DNA of 20,000 nucleotides from IMG/VR virus record IMGVR_UViG_2920970810_000002. One strand, 5' to 3'. Position 1 is the first letter of the stretch; each line of letters starts with the position of its first letter. A model generated the notes under the pieces. It did not search any database. It had not been told where the DNA came from and saw nothing but the letters and a program-made list of their open reading frames with translations. The stretch is from an uncultured virus (IMG/VR IMGVR_UViG_2920970810_000002) (Duplodnaviria > Heunggongvirae > Uroviricota > Caudoviricetes). Of the stretch, positions 8,639 to 16,532 are shown one piece after another. The position numbers were made by a program, and so were the translations under genes.

Positions 8639-9583
8639 TCACACCTCGAGCCAGCAGTTGGATCCGCTCTCTCTGATCACCTCTTGCCAGGTGGGGTGGC
8701 CACCGAAGAGATCCTTCAATCGCTTCACCGATGGCCCGCACTCGGCTTCCTCCAGGATGCGCGCGACGGGCAGCACGGGGTCGCCGCCCAGCCAGGCTTC
8801 GGCGAGCATGGCCACGGCGATCTTCTGTTTACCGCCAGTGAACTCATGCCACGTGCCATGCACGATCAGCACGCCGCCATCGCCGGAGACCCAGACGGGC
8901 CCTTTGTGCGAAGGCCCCTTCAGCAGGCGTGCGGCCAGGACTTCCGGTGCGACAGCGAGGCCATCCTCGTGATCGACGACATCCGCCAGCGCGACGAACT
9001 CATGGCCCCTTATGAAGCTGAGGCGATGCCGATCCGGAGGATCGAGGAAAAGGACCACGCGCAGGCCTTCGGGGGGACGGCGCGTGACGAGTTGACGGAA
9101 CTCCTCGAAAACCGCCGGCGCCGTCAGACCTCGGGCGACCCAGATCCCAGCGCGCGCCCTGCGCTTCGGCAGCCGCGCCGTCCCAAAGTCCATCACCGCA
9201 CCATCAAGGGATGGCACGGGGTCATCACCGAGCGAGCAGTCGAGCCGGGCGGCCACTCGCCGGGCTGTGGCCGACATGTCCAGTGCATAGACCCGGCGAC
9301 GGGCAGTGAAGTGCTCATCCTGCCACGCCTCATTGCCGAGATGCCCATGACGCCCCGTGATCGGGTGAACGATGACGGACGTCGGGGTGTCGTCCAGATC
9401 GTCCTCGGCGACGACGGCCATGGTGCTGCCGCGCGGCACGAGCAGTCCCGCTTCGATCAGCTGCTTTCCGGCGCCGCGCTTGTGGGCGAGGGCCATGGCC
9501 GAGACCCGCGCGTCGCGGGTCCCGGCGATGGACGAGAGCAGCCGGCGGGCGGCGAGATCAATCCTCGAAGAGCTGCAGGTCAT
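8639..9583 (-). CDS. Hypothetical protein (about 314 aa) with a possible C-terminal winged-helix domain
   Basis: Long ORF overlapping the upstream gene end and followed by a terminator. The C-terminus (WHEFTGGKQKIAVAMLAEAW...VARILEEAEC...RLKDLF...NCWLEV) has an OmpR-like wHTH pattern. Start uncertain. Confidence 0.7.
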   Translation of the reverse strand: MTCSSSRIDLAARRLLSSIAGTRDARVSAMALAHKRGAGKQLIEAGLLVPRGSTMAVVAEDDLDDTPTSVIVHPITGRHGHLGNEAWQDEHFTARRRVYALDMSATARRVAARLDCSLGDDPVPSLDGAVMDFGTARLPKRRARAGIWVARGLTAPAVFEEFRQLVTRRPPEGLRVVLFLDPPDRHRLSFIRGHEFVALADVVDHEDGLAVAPEVLAARLLKGPSHKGPVWVSGDGGVLIVHGTWHEFTGGKQKIAVAMLAEAWLGGDPVLPVARILEEAECGPSVKRLKDLFGGHPTWQEVIRESGSNCWLEV

Positions 9584-10745
9584 CAACCAGGATCCCCCAG
9601 CGCCGAAGGTACTTCTCGCCGATCATCTGCTCGGCCGCGGTGCGATCCTTCAGATCGCAGCCATGCGGCCAGGTGATCGTCAGGGTCAGCGTGCGCCGCC
9701 TGTCACCTCCCGGGCGCCGGGCAAGCTTCACGGCGATCTTGGCCCGCGTGACGACGTACCCTTCGCTCAGGGGCGTGCGATCTCCGAACTTCTCTTCCGC
9801 CTTCGCCCATATCGTTTCGTCAGCGCGCGCGGGCTTCTCCAGCGTCACCCTGAAATCACTGTCGTCGATCGGCATCAGGCGCAGCTCGCGCACCTCGACA
9901 CCCTCGATCCCGTCCTCGGGGTCGACCGGGAAGTCGTACGGCGTCAGCAGCACGGAAAGGTCGTAGCACCGCAGGGGCAGGCGGTTCTCCCTGAACTCGA
10001 TGCCAAGGAGGTGCGTGACCGTCGCCTTCACGATCTCGCTCCGCGTCACCTTGTCGTTGGCGATCACCTCGATGCCACCTGTTGCGGGCTCATAGGTCAC
10101 CGCGGCCTCGAACACGGGACGATAAGCCTGCCGCACGAGGGATCCCTTATCGTCGAAGCGCAGCAGATCGTCGGGCCGTCCCTCGCGGTAGATCGTCACC
10201 TGCACGAGGTCGCATTCGTCGCCCTCATGGGTCGTCCTCACCCGGTCGAAGATGTCGACATGGGCATGGGCGGCGCCCGAGAACTCCTTGATCGCGGAGA
10301 CAAAGGCATGGCGGGCCGACGCGTCGCGTTGCACGACGCATCCGGCGTCGGTCATGTAGCCGGCCCACATCCGGCCGCGCCGGCGGTCCTCCGTGAAGCG
10401 AACCTCTTCGGCATGGCGGAACCGGTCCTGCGCGTTGAGGAACATCCAGAGCGACCGCGCGTGCGGGTTCGCGAGGCCGTCGAGGAAGGCGGGATCCTCG
10501 GCCACGCTGTAGATCGCGGCTTGCCCCGGCTCGTCGGACAGGGCATGGACGCGCTCAGCGTCATTGGAGATGCGGTCGCGCTGGACGCGGGACATCTTCT
10601 CGATGGCGCCGAGAAGCGGCCTGGACAGCGCGGCCTCCGGCACGCTCCAGTCGAACTCGGTGGGCAGGCCGATCTCCGGCCGGTCGAAGTATTCGCGCAG
10701 CGCCTCACCGGGCGTCTTGCGAAGGAAGGCGGAAAGAGCGGTCAT
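9558..10745 (-). CDS. Hypothetical protein (395 aa)
   Basis: AAAGGAG RBS before ATG 10745; globular composition; no motif I can name. Confidence 0.8.
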   Translation of the reverse strand: MTALSAFLRKTPGEALREYFDRPEIGLPTEFDWSVPEAALSRPLLGAIEKMSRVQRDRISNDAERVHALSDEPGQAAIYSVAEDPAFLDGLANPHARSLWMFLNAQDRFRHAEEVRFTEDRRRGRMWAGYMTDAGCVVQRDASARHAFVSAIKEFSGAAHAHVDIFDRVRTTHEGDECDLVQVTIYREGRPDDLLRFDDKGSLVRQAYRPVFEAAVTYEPATGGIEVIANDKVTRSEIVKATVTHLLGIEFRENRLPLRCYDLSVLLTPYDFPVDPEDGIEGVEVRELRLMPIDDSDFRVTLEKPARADETIWAKAEEKFGDRTPLSEGYVVTRAKIAVKLARRPGGDRRRTLTLTITWPHGCDLKDRTAAEQMIGEKYLRRWGILVDDLQLFED

Positions 10746-10781
10746 GCTGGTCTCCTTTCGTGGTGCATCCGCGGAGTGGCT

Positions 10782-10801
10782 AATCCGCTAATTAGCGTAT
10801 T
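10782..10801. promoter_or_regulatory. Palindromic operator copy 1 (AATCCGC-TAATTA-GCGTATT)
   Basis: Matches the consensus AATNCGC-N6-GCGNATT seen three times; overlaps the candidate -10 of the 395-aa gene promoter. Confidence 0.7.
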
Positions 10802-10821
10802 TAGCACCCGCGCGGAGTCAA
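10794..10821 (-). promoter_or_regulatory. Candidate sigma70 promoter for the 395-aa/315-aa operon
   Basis: - strand TTGACT (10821-10816), 16-nt spacer, TACGCT (10799-10794); bracketed by two operators. Confidence 0.5.
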
Positions 10822-10828
10822 TCGAAAA

Positions 10829-10848
10829 AATACGCTTTTCCGCGAATT
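10829..10848. promoter_or_regulatory. Palindromic operator copy 2 (AATACGC-TTTTCC-GCGAATT)
   Basis: 10827-10848 matches 11941-11962 at 19 of 22 positions. Confidence 0.7.
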
Positions 10849-10861
10849 GACGGATTCTCTG

Positions 10862-11578
10862 CTAGAAAAGAGAGGGTTGGCTGCTGGAGGAGACCAGTAG
10901 GCTCAGCTTCAAAAGGCGGACTCGCGCGGCATCCTCTGAGACCGCGAATCGGTCCATGACTGCACGGATAAGTGCGCAGCCATCCTCCGATGCCTGGTGT
11001 ATCGAGCCGTGCAGTCCTCGCGGCTCGCAATAATCCGAGACAAGGCGGCGCAGCTGAGTCGCGGGCATAAGGATCGCCCCGCTGACGTATCCAGCCTGCC
11101 ATTCCATCCAGTCGTACTGGGACGCGCTTATGATGCTGTCGCGCTTGCAGATGGCCTTGTTCTCGATGCTCTTGCGATCGAACAGATGCCGAGCGATGAA
11201 CTTTTCCGCCCAGAGATGGCGGTGGAAATACACATGCCCAAACTCGTGGGCGAGGGTCGTCCGCAGCCTATTCTCCCGTCGCGAGTCGTTGGCCAGTTTC
11301 TCCGAGATGGAGACCTTCGTTCTTCCTTCCGGAAAGAACTCGGTCATGCCTTCAACGTCGTCCCCGAAGTCCGATAGGTCGGCGTAAGCATCAAGTTCCG
11401 ATTCGTGCTGCTCAATCAGCACTTCGAGATCATCCGTCCGTACAGGAAAATCGACGGAGCCACGACGGCCGCGCAAGAGGGCGGAGACAATCCGCTCACA
11501 CTCGCGGTCAAGCTCTTGGGCGGAGTAGTGTGGCCTCTCCGCGAACCGTCCAGTCTTGTCGGGCACCATCCTAACCAA
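10862..11578 (-). CDS. ImmA/IrrE family metallo-endopeptidase (anti-repressor)
   Basis: RLRTTLAHEFGHVYFH (HExxH), EWQAGYVSGAILMP, C-terminal FAVSEDAARVRL HTH; TTG start with GAGG RBS. Confidence 0.9.
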   Translation of the reverse strand: MVRMVPDKTGRFAERPHYSAQELDRECERIVSALLRGRRGSVDFPVRTDDLEVLIEQHESELDAYADLSDFGDDVEGMTEFFPEGRTKVSISEKLANDSRRENRLRTTLAHEFGHVYFHRHLWAEKFIARHLFDRKSIENKAICKRDSIISASQYDWMEWQAGYVSGAILMPATQLRRLVSDYCEPRGLHGSIHQASEDGCALIRAVMDRFAVSEDAARVRLLKLSLLVSSSSQPSLF

Positions 11579-11588
11579 GGCGACTACC

Positions 11589-11915
11589 TCAATTCGTAAT
11601 GTTCTTTCTGAAATTTGCGAAGCTCTTCACGATCTTATCTCGATCCTTCGCCTTTTCTCGCACGTCATCAGGGATCTTTCCGGCCAGCACGAAAAGGTAG
11701 CCCTCGTCCTCATCGAGGATCGTTGCAAACTGCTTGATCAGGTGATCGGACGTGGGGCTCCGGCGGTCATGCTCGATGTCATTGAGGTACTGCGGCGAAA
11801 TCGGGCCGCCGCCTTCCTCCTTCTTCACAAGTGCCGCGAGCTCCTTCTGGCTGAGGCCCTTTGCCTTGCGCGCCTTGGAGATCGCCTGACCAAAGGTCAT
11901 GGATTGGGCTGACAT
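11589..11915 (-). CDS. XRE-family HTH repressor
   Basis: FGQAISKARKAKGLSQKELAA...ISPQYLNDIEHDRRSP; GAAAGGA RBS before ATG 11915; paired with ImmA/IrrE. Confidence 0.9.
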   Translation of the reverse strand: MSAQSMTFGQAISKARKAKGLSQKELAALVKKEEGGGPISPQYLNDIEHDRRSPTSDHLIKQFATILDEDEGYLFVLAGKIPDDVREKAKDRDKIVKSFANFRKNITN

Positions 11916-11942
11916 CGCGGCTATCCTTTCGACTCCAACCAA

Positions 11943-11962
11943 AATACGCTTGTTCGCGGATT
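11943..11962. promoter_or_regulatory. Palindromic operator copy 3 (AATACGC-TTGTTC-GCGGATT)
   Basis: 27 nt upstream of the XRE start, in the divergent intergenic region shared with the Hsp70 operon. Confidence 0.7.
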
Positions 11963-12069
11963 AGCGAAGTGTTACTCCTTATCCCGCAGTTGGATCAACC
12001 ATTATGCAGTGCAGCCGGCCCGGGCGTTTGCGCGACAAGGCCAGACTTGCCTGACTGGAGGGGGCAAAC

Positions 12070-13218
12070 ATGCCGACTGTCGGCTGGATCCGTGAGGGAG
12101 ATCTCGATGCCTTCTACGAAGGCACCGAGAGAGTTCCTGACCCAGCCCCTCACAAAGCGCGGACGTTTGCCTGCCCTTTCTGTCCGTCCATCCTCACGAC
12201 GCAGCTCGACCTCCACGACCATGTGTACGCCAGGCACCGCGTCGAACGGCCGGTCATCATGCTGCCAGGTGGCGAGCCAACCGGGAACGACGTGATCCGT
12301 GCACCACTTCATGAGTCGGACGTGATGCTTACGAATACGAGCTTCGCAAGAGTTAGTGTCGACGGGGCAATGTCGCGCCAGGTGTCCCCAAAAGAGCTGC
12401 CGGAAATCCTAGCCAAGACGAAACACGCCGAGGTGAAGTTAGAGCTGGTTAACGACGTACAGCGCAACGCCGTACCGGTAACCTCGAAGTACAAAATCTC
12501 GTTCCGAGTCGCCGACCTTGACGCTCTCAGGAGTGTGGAGAAGGCTTTCGTCGAAGTTCTCGTGTCTGCAGCGATCAGCCGTGAATCGATCGGCAGGTTT
12601 CTTGCGGACAAGAGAGCGCAGGGCGCGGGAAACGAGTATGCCTCCGGTTTGGCTAATTATTGCCTGGGAATCCTTATAAAAGAGCGACCTGACGGGGAGC
12701 GACTTACGACACCTCTCTCTCGTTATCGTGAGCATTATGGATCTGCGCTAGAAATTCTTAAAGATTTCGATCGGCCACTTGCTCACCTGATCGCGAGCAT
12801 CATTCGTTTCTCAATGAACGATTTTGAGAGAGGTCGTGAGCGAACTGGATATTGGGAGCTTGATTTAACGAATGAGTTACTCGTTGATCCAAGCTCGGAA
12901 AACTTGCCGCCGAGTCAGGGGCACTCCAAACGTCGTCCCGTCTGCCCGGTCGATCATGGTACCGGGAGAATGCTCGAGTTGGCGTCACATCTTGTCGGGC
13001 AGCCTCGGTGGAGTCCGATACTGGATGATGAGTGCCGGGCGCTCGCGCGCTCTGATGTTTTGGACGCTAGTGACCACCAGAAAGCCTTCGCCATATGGGC
13101 CGCAGTTGCTTGGCGACTGGGTGCGACGCAGAGCGCGTTGGAGCCACTCTCGCAAATAGCCGAGGTTTATCCGTTCAGCCGGTGGGCAAGAGAATACTTA
13201 GAGAAAGAACCGATGTGA
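12070..13218 (+). CDS. Hypothetical protein (382 aa) with an N-terminal C2H2 zinc finger and helical C-terminal region
   Basis: CPFC-PSILTTQLDLHD-H-VYAR-H = C-x2-C-x12-H-x4-H; GGAGG RBS; first gene of the coupled operon. Confidence 0.8.
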   Translation: MPTVGWIREGDLDAFYEGTERVPDPAPHKARTFACPFCPSILTTQLDLHDHVYARHRVERPVIMLPGGEPTGNDVIRAPLHESDVMLTNTSFARVSVDGAMSRQVSPKELPEILAKTKHAEVKLELVNDVQRNAVPVTSKYKISFRVADLDALRSVEKAFVEVLVSAAISRESIGRFLADKRAQGAGNEYASGLANYCLGILIKERPDGERLTTPLSRYREHYGSALEILKDFDRPLAHLIASIIRFSMNDFERGRERTGYWELDLTNELLVDPSSENLPPSQGHSKRRPVCPVDHGTGRMLELASHLVGQPRWSPILDDECRALARSDVLDASDHQKAFAIWAAVAWRLGATQSALEPLSQIAEVYPFSRWAREYLEKEPM

Positions 13219-14240
13219 CTGAAAACGAAGAGAGCACTGGGACTATGCCAGATAAGAAGCCCGCAGACCTCTCAGCAAAAGACGAGACGGCGCCCGCAGA
13301 AAGTACCGCGTCTGATGTCGAGTTTCCGCCGACGTTGTCCGGGTATTTTTCAGAACAGCGCGCCACCCCATCAGCGTTCTTCAAAATCCTTCGCAAAAAC
13401 GCTGTGAAGCACTTTCGATCCGACGATCGGGAGGCGGCTGGAAAGCTGATGATAGACCTTGATCCCGAGGGTGAGCGCCTTTGGGCTCTGATGTCACAGT
13501 CTACCTTACCCGATGCTATCGACACCTGGGTATGGGGGGCTGCTCAAGTGCGTCTCAAAGAGAAGCTTGGGGAAGCGTTCGATCCACAAGACCACGATGC
13601 CGCGCGGGTGCTCAAGGTAATCCTGACCTGCCTTTCACCTGGGCTTCGCTCCAATTCAAAGGACGAAAAGAAGAACGCCGAAACATGGCTACGCATCGGC
13701 ATTTGCTGGCTCGTGGAAAAGCGCGCTCTCAAATCCTGGCAAGTTGCCGAGGGACTGCGATCCATCTTCTTCCCTGAGTTGAAGTCAGCTGCGCGCCTGG
13801 CTCAAAGGGCCATTCAACGGGGCAAGATTAGCGAGCTACGTCTCGCAGTAGCGGTGGCTGGGCTCGGCGATCAGGTGGTCAGAGAAGCAGCCGAAGAGCG
13901 TGATCGTGAAAGGAGCACGGCCGTCGACCTACGTCACCGGCTGGATGATGCACGAAAAACTATCGAAAGACTCAGTTCCGAGTTGAAAGGCGCGCGGAAG
14001 ACGATTGCTGAGCATGAAGCAGCTATTTCCACGCTTGAGCAGACGCTCACGGCAGAGCGGCAGCACTGGGGTCATGATCTGACCGAGACAAAGGCCGAGC
14101 AGAAGGTCCTGCTGGGTGAACGCCTCGCGCCCTTGCTCGAAGATGCCATTGATGCACTTGAGATCGACCCGCCCGCACCGGGGACAGCGCTTCGACGAAC
14201 AAAATCTGCACTCGCTGTTATTAAAGAGGTAAACGAATGA
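13215..14240 (+). CDS. Hypothetical alpha-helical protein (341 aa) with a C-terminal coiled coil
   Basis: GTG at 13215 overlaps the upstream TGA (GTGA); acidic disordered N-terminus; heptad-rich LRHRLDDARKTIERLSSELKGARKTIAEHEAAISTLEQTL; stop overlaps the next ATG. Confidence 0.8.
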   Translation: MTENEESTGTMPDKKPADLSAKDETAPAESTASDVEFPPTLSGYFSEQRATPSAFFKILRKNAVKHFRSDDREAAGKLMIDLDPEGERLWALMSQSTLPDAIDTWVWGAAQVRLKEKLGEAFDPQDHDAARVLKVILTCLSPGLRSNSKDEKKNAETWLRIGICWLVEKRALKSWQVAEGLRSIFFPELKSAARLAQRAIQRGKISELRLAVAVAGLGDQVVREAAEERDRERSTAVDLRHRLDDARKTIERLSSELKGARKTIAEHEAAISTLEQTLTAERQHWGHDLTETKAEQKVLLGERLAPLLEDAIDALEIDPPAPGTALRRTKSALAVIKEVNE

Positions 14241-16171
14241 CTGAACCGATTTTCGGAATCGATTTCGGCACAACGAATAGCCTTGCGGCGATTGCGGTGG
14301 GCGGCAGAGCATTGGCACTGGTGGACCGGGTGACGCTGCGTCCGCACCCGTCTGTCATTTGGTACCGTGGCTCCGACATCGTTGTTGGTCGAGAAGCGCG
14401 ACAAAACATGGATATTACGGAAAGTGGTGCCCCTCCAGGTTTTGTTCGTTCTCCCAAGATGTCTCTCAGGCGTGATGGACCCATTTTTGTTGACGGCCGA
14501 CCCGTCGAACCTACCGATGCTGTCGCCGAGGTTCTCAAGCATCTGAAAACCGACGCTTCCCTGGCGCGCGGGAGCGCTCCCGGCCACGATCTCACGAGAG
14601 CAGTTTTCACTATACCGGTTGATTTTGGAGGGCCTGAGCGCCGCGCCCTCCGCGAGGCGGCGCGAAAAGCCGGAATTGGCGTTGTGCAGTTTGTCCACGA
14701 GCCCGTAGCGGCCCTGTACGCTTATCTCCGCTCGCAGCCCGACCTTGGCCGTGAGCTGGCACGCCTGGAAGGAAAAACAATCCTCGTTTTCGATTGGGGC
14801 GGTGGCACGCTCGACCTCACACTATGTCGCATCTCCGGCGGCGCGATCATGCAGGTTAGAAATCTTGGCGACAATGAAGTGGGTGGTGACAAGTTTGACG
14901 AGCGTCTCAGAAACCACCTGCGCGAAAAGCACGCTGCCACACATGGCCTCGATGACATTTCAGCGCTCGAGCAACCCGGCATGGCAGCAAAGCTGCTACA
15001 TCAGTGCGAAATCCTGAAGATACATTTGTCCGATCCGAAGGCCGACACGGAAGACGTTATCGTTCGAAACTACTTGAAGGTCGATGGAGCCGGAAGGAAC
15101 CTCCTCGGATCCGTAAGCCGTTCGGAACTCGACGACCTCAGCGCGGGTATTGTCGCGCGCGGGCTCGCTCGAATCGATGAGATACTTGAGCAAACGCAAC
15201 TGACCTACCAAGATATCGAACTCTGCCTCGCTACCGGAGGCATGGTGAACATGCCTGCGATACGTGACGGTCTCACAGAACGGTTCGTGGGCAGGGTGCC
15301 GCGGCTCGACAACGGCGATCGGATCATCGCCGAAGGCGCTGCCTGGATCGCAAACGATGGTCTGAGGCTGAAACTCTCAAAACCAATCGAAATTCTTGTT
15401 GCGGATACATCCGGCCGGGGAACGTACCACTCCCTCGTCGATGCCGGTTGGACCCTTCCGATCGAGAACGAAACGCAGAATGTTGCTAACACGCGCCTGT
15501 TTTGCGTCGACCCGCGGGAAGGTGTCGCGGTGGTCGAGGTGGCGAAACCGGTGAAGCTCGGCAAAACATCACCGAACGATCCCCGACATTCGCTTTGCGT
15601 CGCCAGGGTCGAAGTGGACCGGAATGCGCAGCCCCTTATTGAACGAATTGAATGCAATTTGCAGATCGACCACGATTACATCGCCCGGGTGACACTTAGG
15701 TCGACAGGTCGAGGGGCTGAGTCTTCCGCAGAATTCCATGACCTCGAATTCGGACTCTCGCTGAGAGAGGGGGGCTCCCAAGACCCCGAGGCAGACGATA
15801 CTGACAACGTTGTCTCGTCCGGTTCGCTAGGAAAGATCAAATCACTTGCCAGCAGCAATCTATTTCAAAGAACTAATGTCGCACGTTTTGATGAGCGATC
15901 CCATGCGCATGGCGACCTCTGGAAGTACGTGCCCGGGGATTTGGTCGCGACATGGAAGTCAAACTATTTTGATACCAGGAACAGAGAGGCGACTGAAAGA
16001 CAATTGGAGGAGCGCAACTTCTATGTTCCTTGTGCTCGATGCAGAAGGACAATCTCTCAGATCAAGGCGGAAGGTCCAGTTGATGGGTGTCGCGGTTCGT
16101 GCGGCTTAGATCCGAGCAAAGGACGAGCAGATTCGTTCCAGCAATCTTCCCCACCCTATCGGGAGGTTTAA
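14237..16171 (+). CDS. Atypical Hsp70-family protein (not housekeeping DnaK)
   Basis: GIDFGTTNS, SPKMSL, TIPVDF..ERRAL, HEPVAA, VFDWGGGTLD, GGDKFD, LATGGMVNMPAI, IAEGAA are all Hsp70 ATPase-domain motifs; the C-terminal half is divergent and ends in a Cys cluster. GAGG RBS and ATGA overlap. Confidence 0.92.
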   Translation: MTEPIFGIDFGTTNSLAAIAVGGRALALVDRVTLRPHPSVIWYRGSDIVVGREARQNMDITESGAPPGFVRSPKMSLRRDGPIFVDGRPVEPTDAVAEVLKHLKTDASLARGSAPGHDLTRAVFTIPVDFGGPERRALREAARKAGIGVVQFVHEPVAALYAYLRSQPDLGRELARLEGKTILVFDWGGGTLDLTLCRISGGAIMQVRNLGDNEVGGDKFDERLRNHLREKHAATHGLDDISALEQPGMAAKLLHQCEILKIHLSDPKADTEDVIVRNYLKVDGAGRNLLGSVSRSELDDLSAGIVARGLARIDEILEQTQLTYQDIELCLATGGMVNMPAIRDGLTERFVGRVPRLDNGDRIIAEGAAWIANDGLRLKLSKPIEILVADTSGRGTYHSLVDAGWTLPIENETQNVANTRLFCVDPREGVAVVEVAKPVKLGKTSPNDPRHSLCVARVEVDRNAQPLIERIECNLQIDHDYIARVTLRSTGRGAESSAEFHDLEFGLSLREGGSQDPEADDTDNVVSSGSLGKIKSLASSNLFQRTNVARFDERSHAHGDLWKYVPGDLVATWKSNYFDTRNREATERQLEERNFYVPCARCRRTISQIKAEGPVDGCRGSCGLDPSKGRADSFQQSSPPYREV

Positions 16172-16189
16172 CTGCCCAGGAGGATGGTC

Positions 16190-16217
16190 GAATCATTCGC
16201 GCCGGCTCGAATGATTC
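16190..16217. repeat. Perfect 10-bp inverted repeat just after the Hsp70 stop
   Basis: GAATCATTCG (16190-16199), 8-nt spacer, CGAATGATTC (16208-16217); no U tract on either strand. Confidence 0.6.
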
Positions 16218-16307
16218 CGCCGTGGCGCGATAAGCCATTGAATCTTATTGCGTATCTTCGTTTTGTGACTACCGTTTCGCCAATCATCTTCTATTGCGAA
16301 CGGTCTC

Positions 16308-16532
16308 ATGCAAGACGCCCGATCCGGTCCAAACCCTCTTTTGCCCGCCCGTCTGTCGGCGGACGAACGCCTCGATGAACTCGCGCAGATTCTTGCCGCG
16401 GGGCTGAGGCGTATCCTGCCGGAACAGTCCAGTTCTTTATCTGCACCTGGCGAAGACAGTTCATTCGACATTCTCGCCCTCAAACGCCGTGTTGGTCGTC
16501 GCAAACCGAGCAACCGAGTTGGAGGGCAATGA
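16308..16532 (+). CDS. Small hypothetical protein preceding DUF2924
   Basis: NPLLPARLSADERLDELAQILAAGLRRI resembles the small ORF I associate with DUF2924-recombinase modules; stop overlaps the next start. Confidence 0.6.
   Translation: MQDARSGPNPLLPARLSADERLDELAQILAAGLRRILPEQSSSLSAPGEDSSFDILALKRRVGRRKPSNRVGGQ

Noticed and set aside
8513..10850. + strand ORFs of 387 and 492 aa
   Set aside because: Antisense to the 315-aa and 395-aa genes, which have an RBS, promoter candidate, operators and terminator.
10862..11915. XRE + peptidase as a toxin-antitoxin pair
   Set aside because: The operator layout and prophage context fit an ImmR/ImmA-type induction switch better.
14237..16171. Calling the Hsp70 gene dnaK, hscA or hscC
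   Set aside because: The linker and C-terminal half diverge from DnaK, and there is no dnaJ, grpE, isc or J-domain neighbour.
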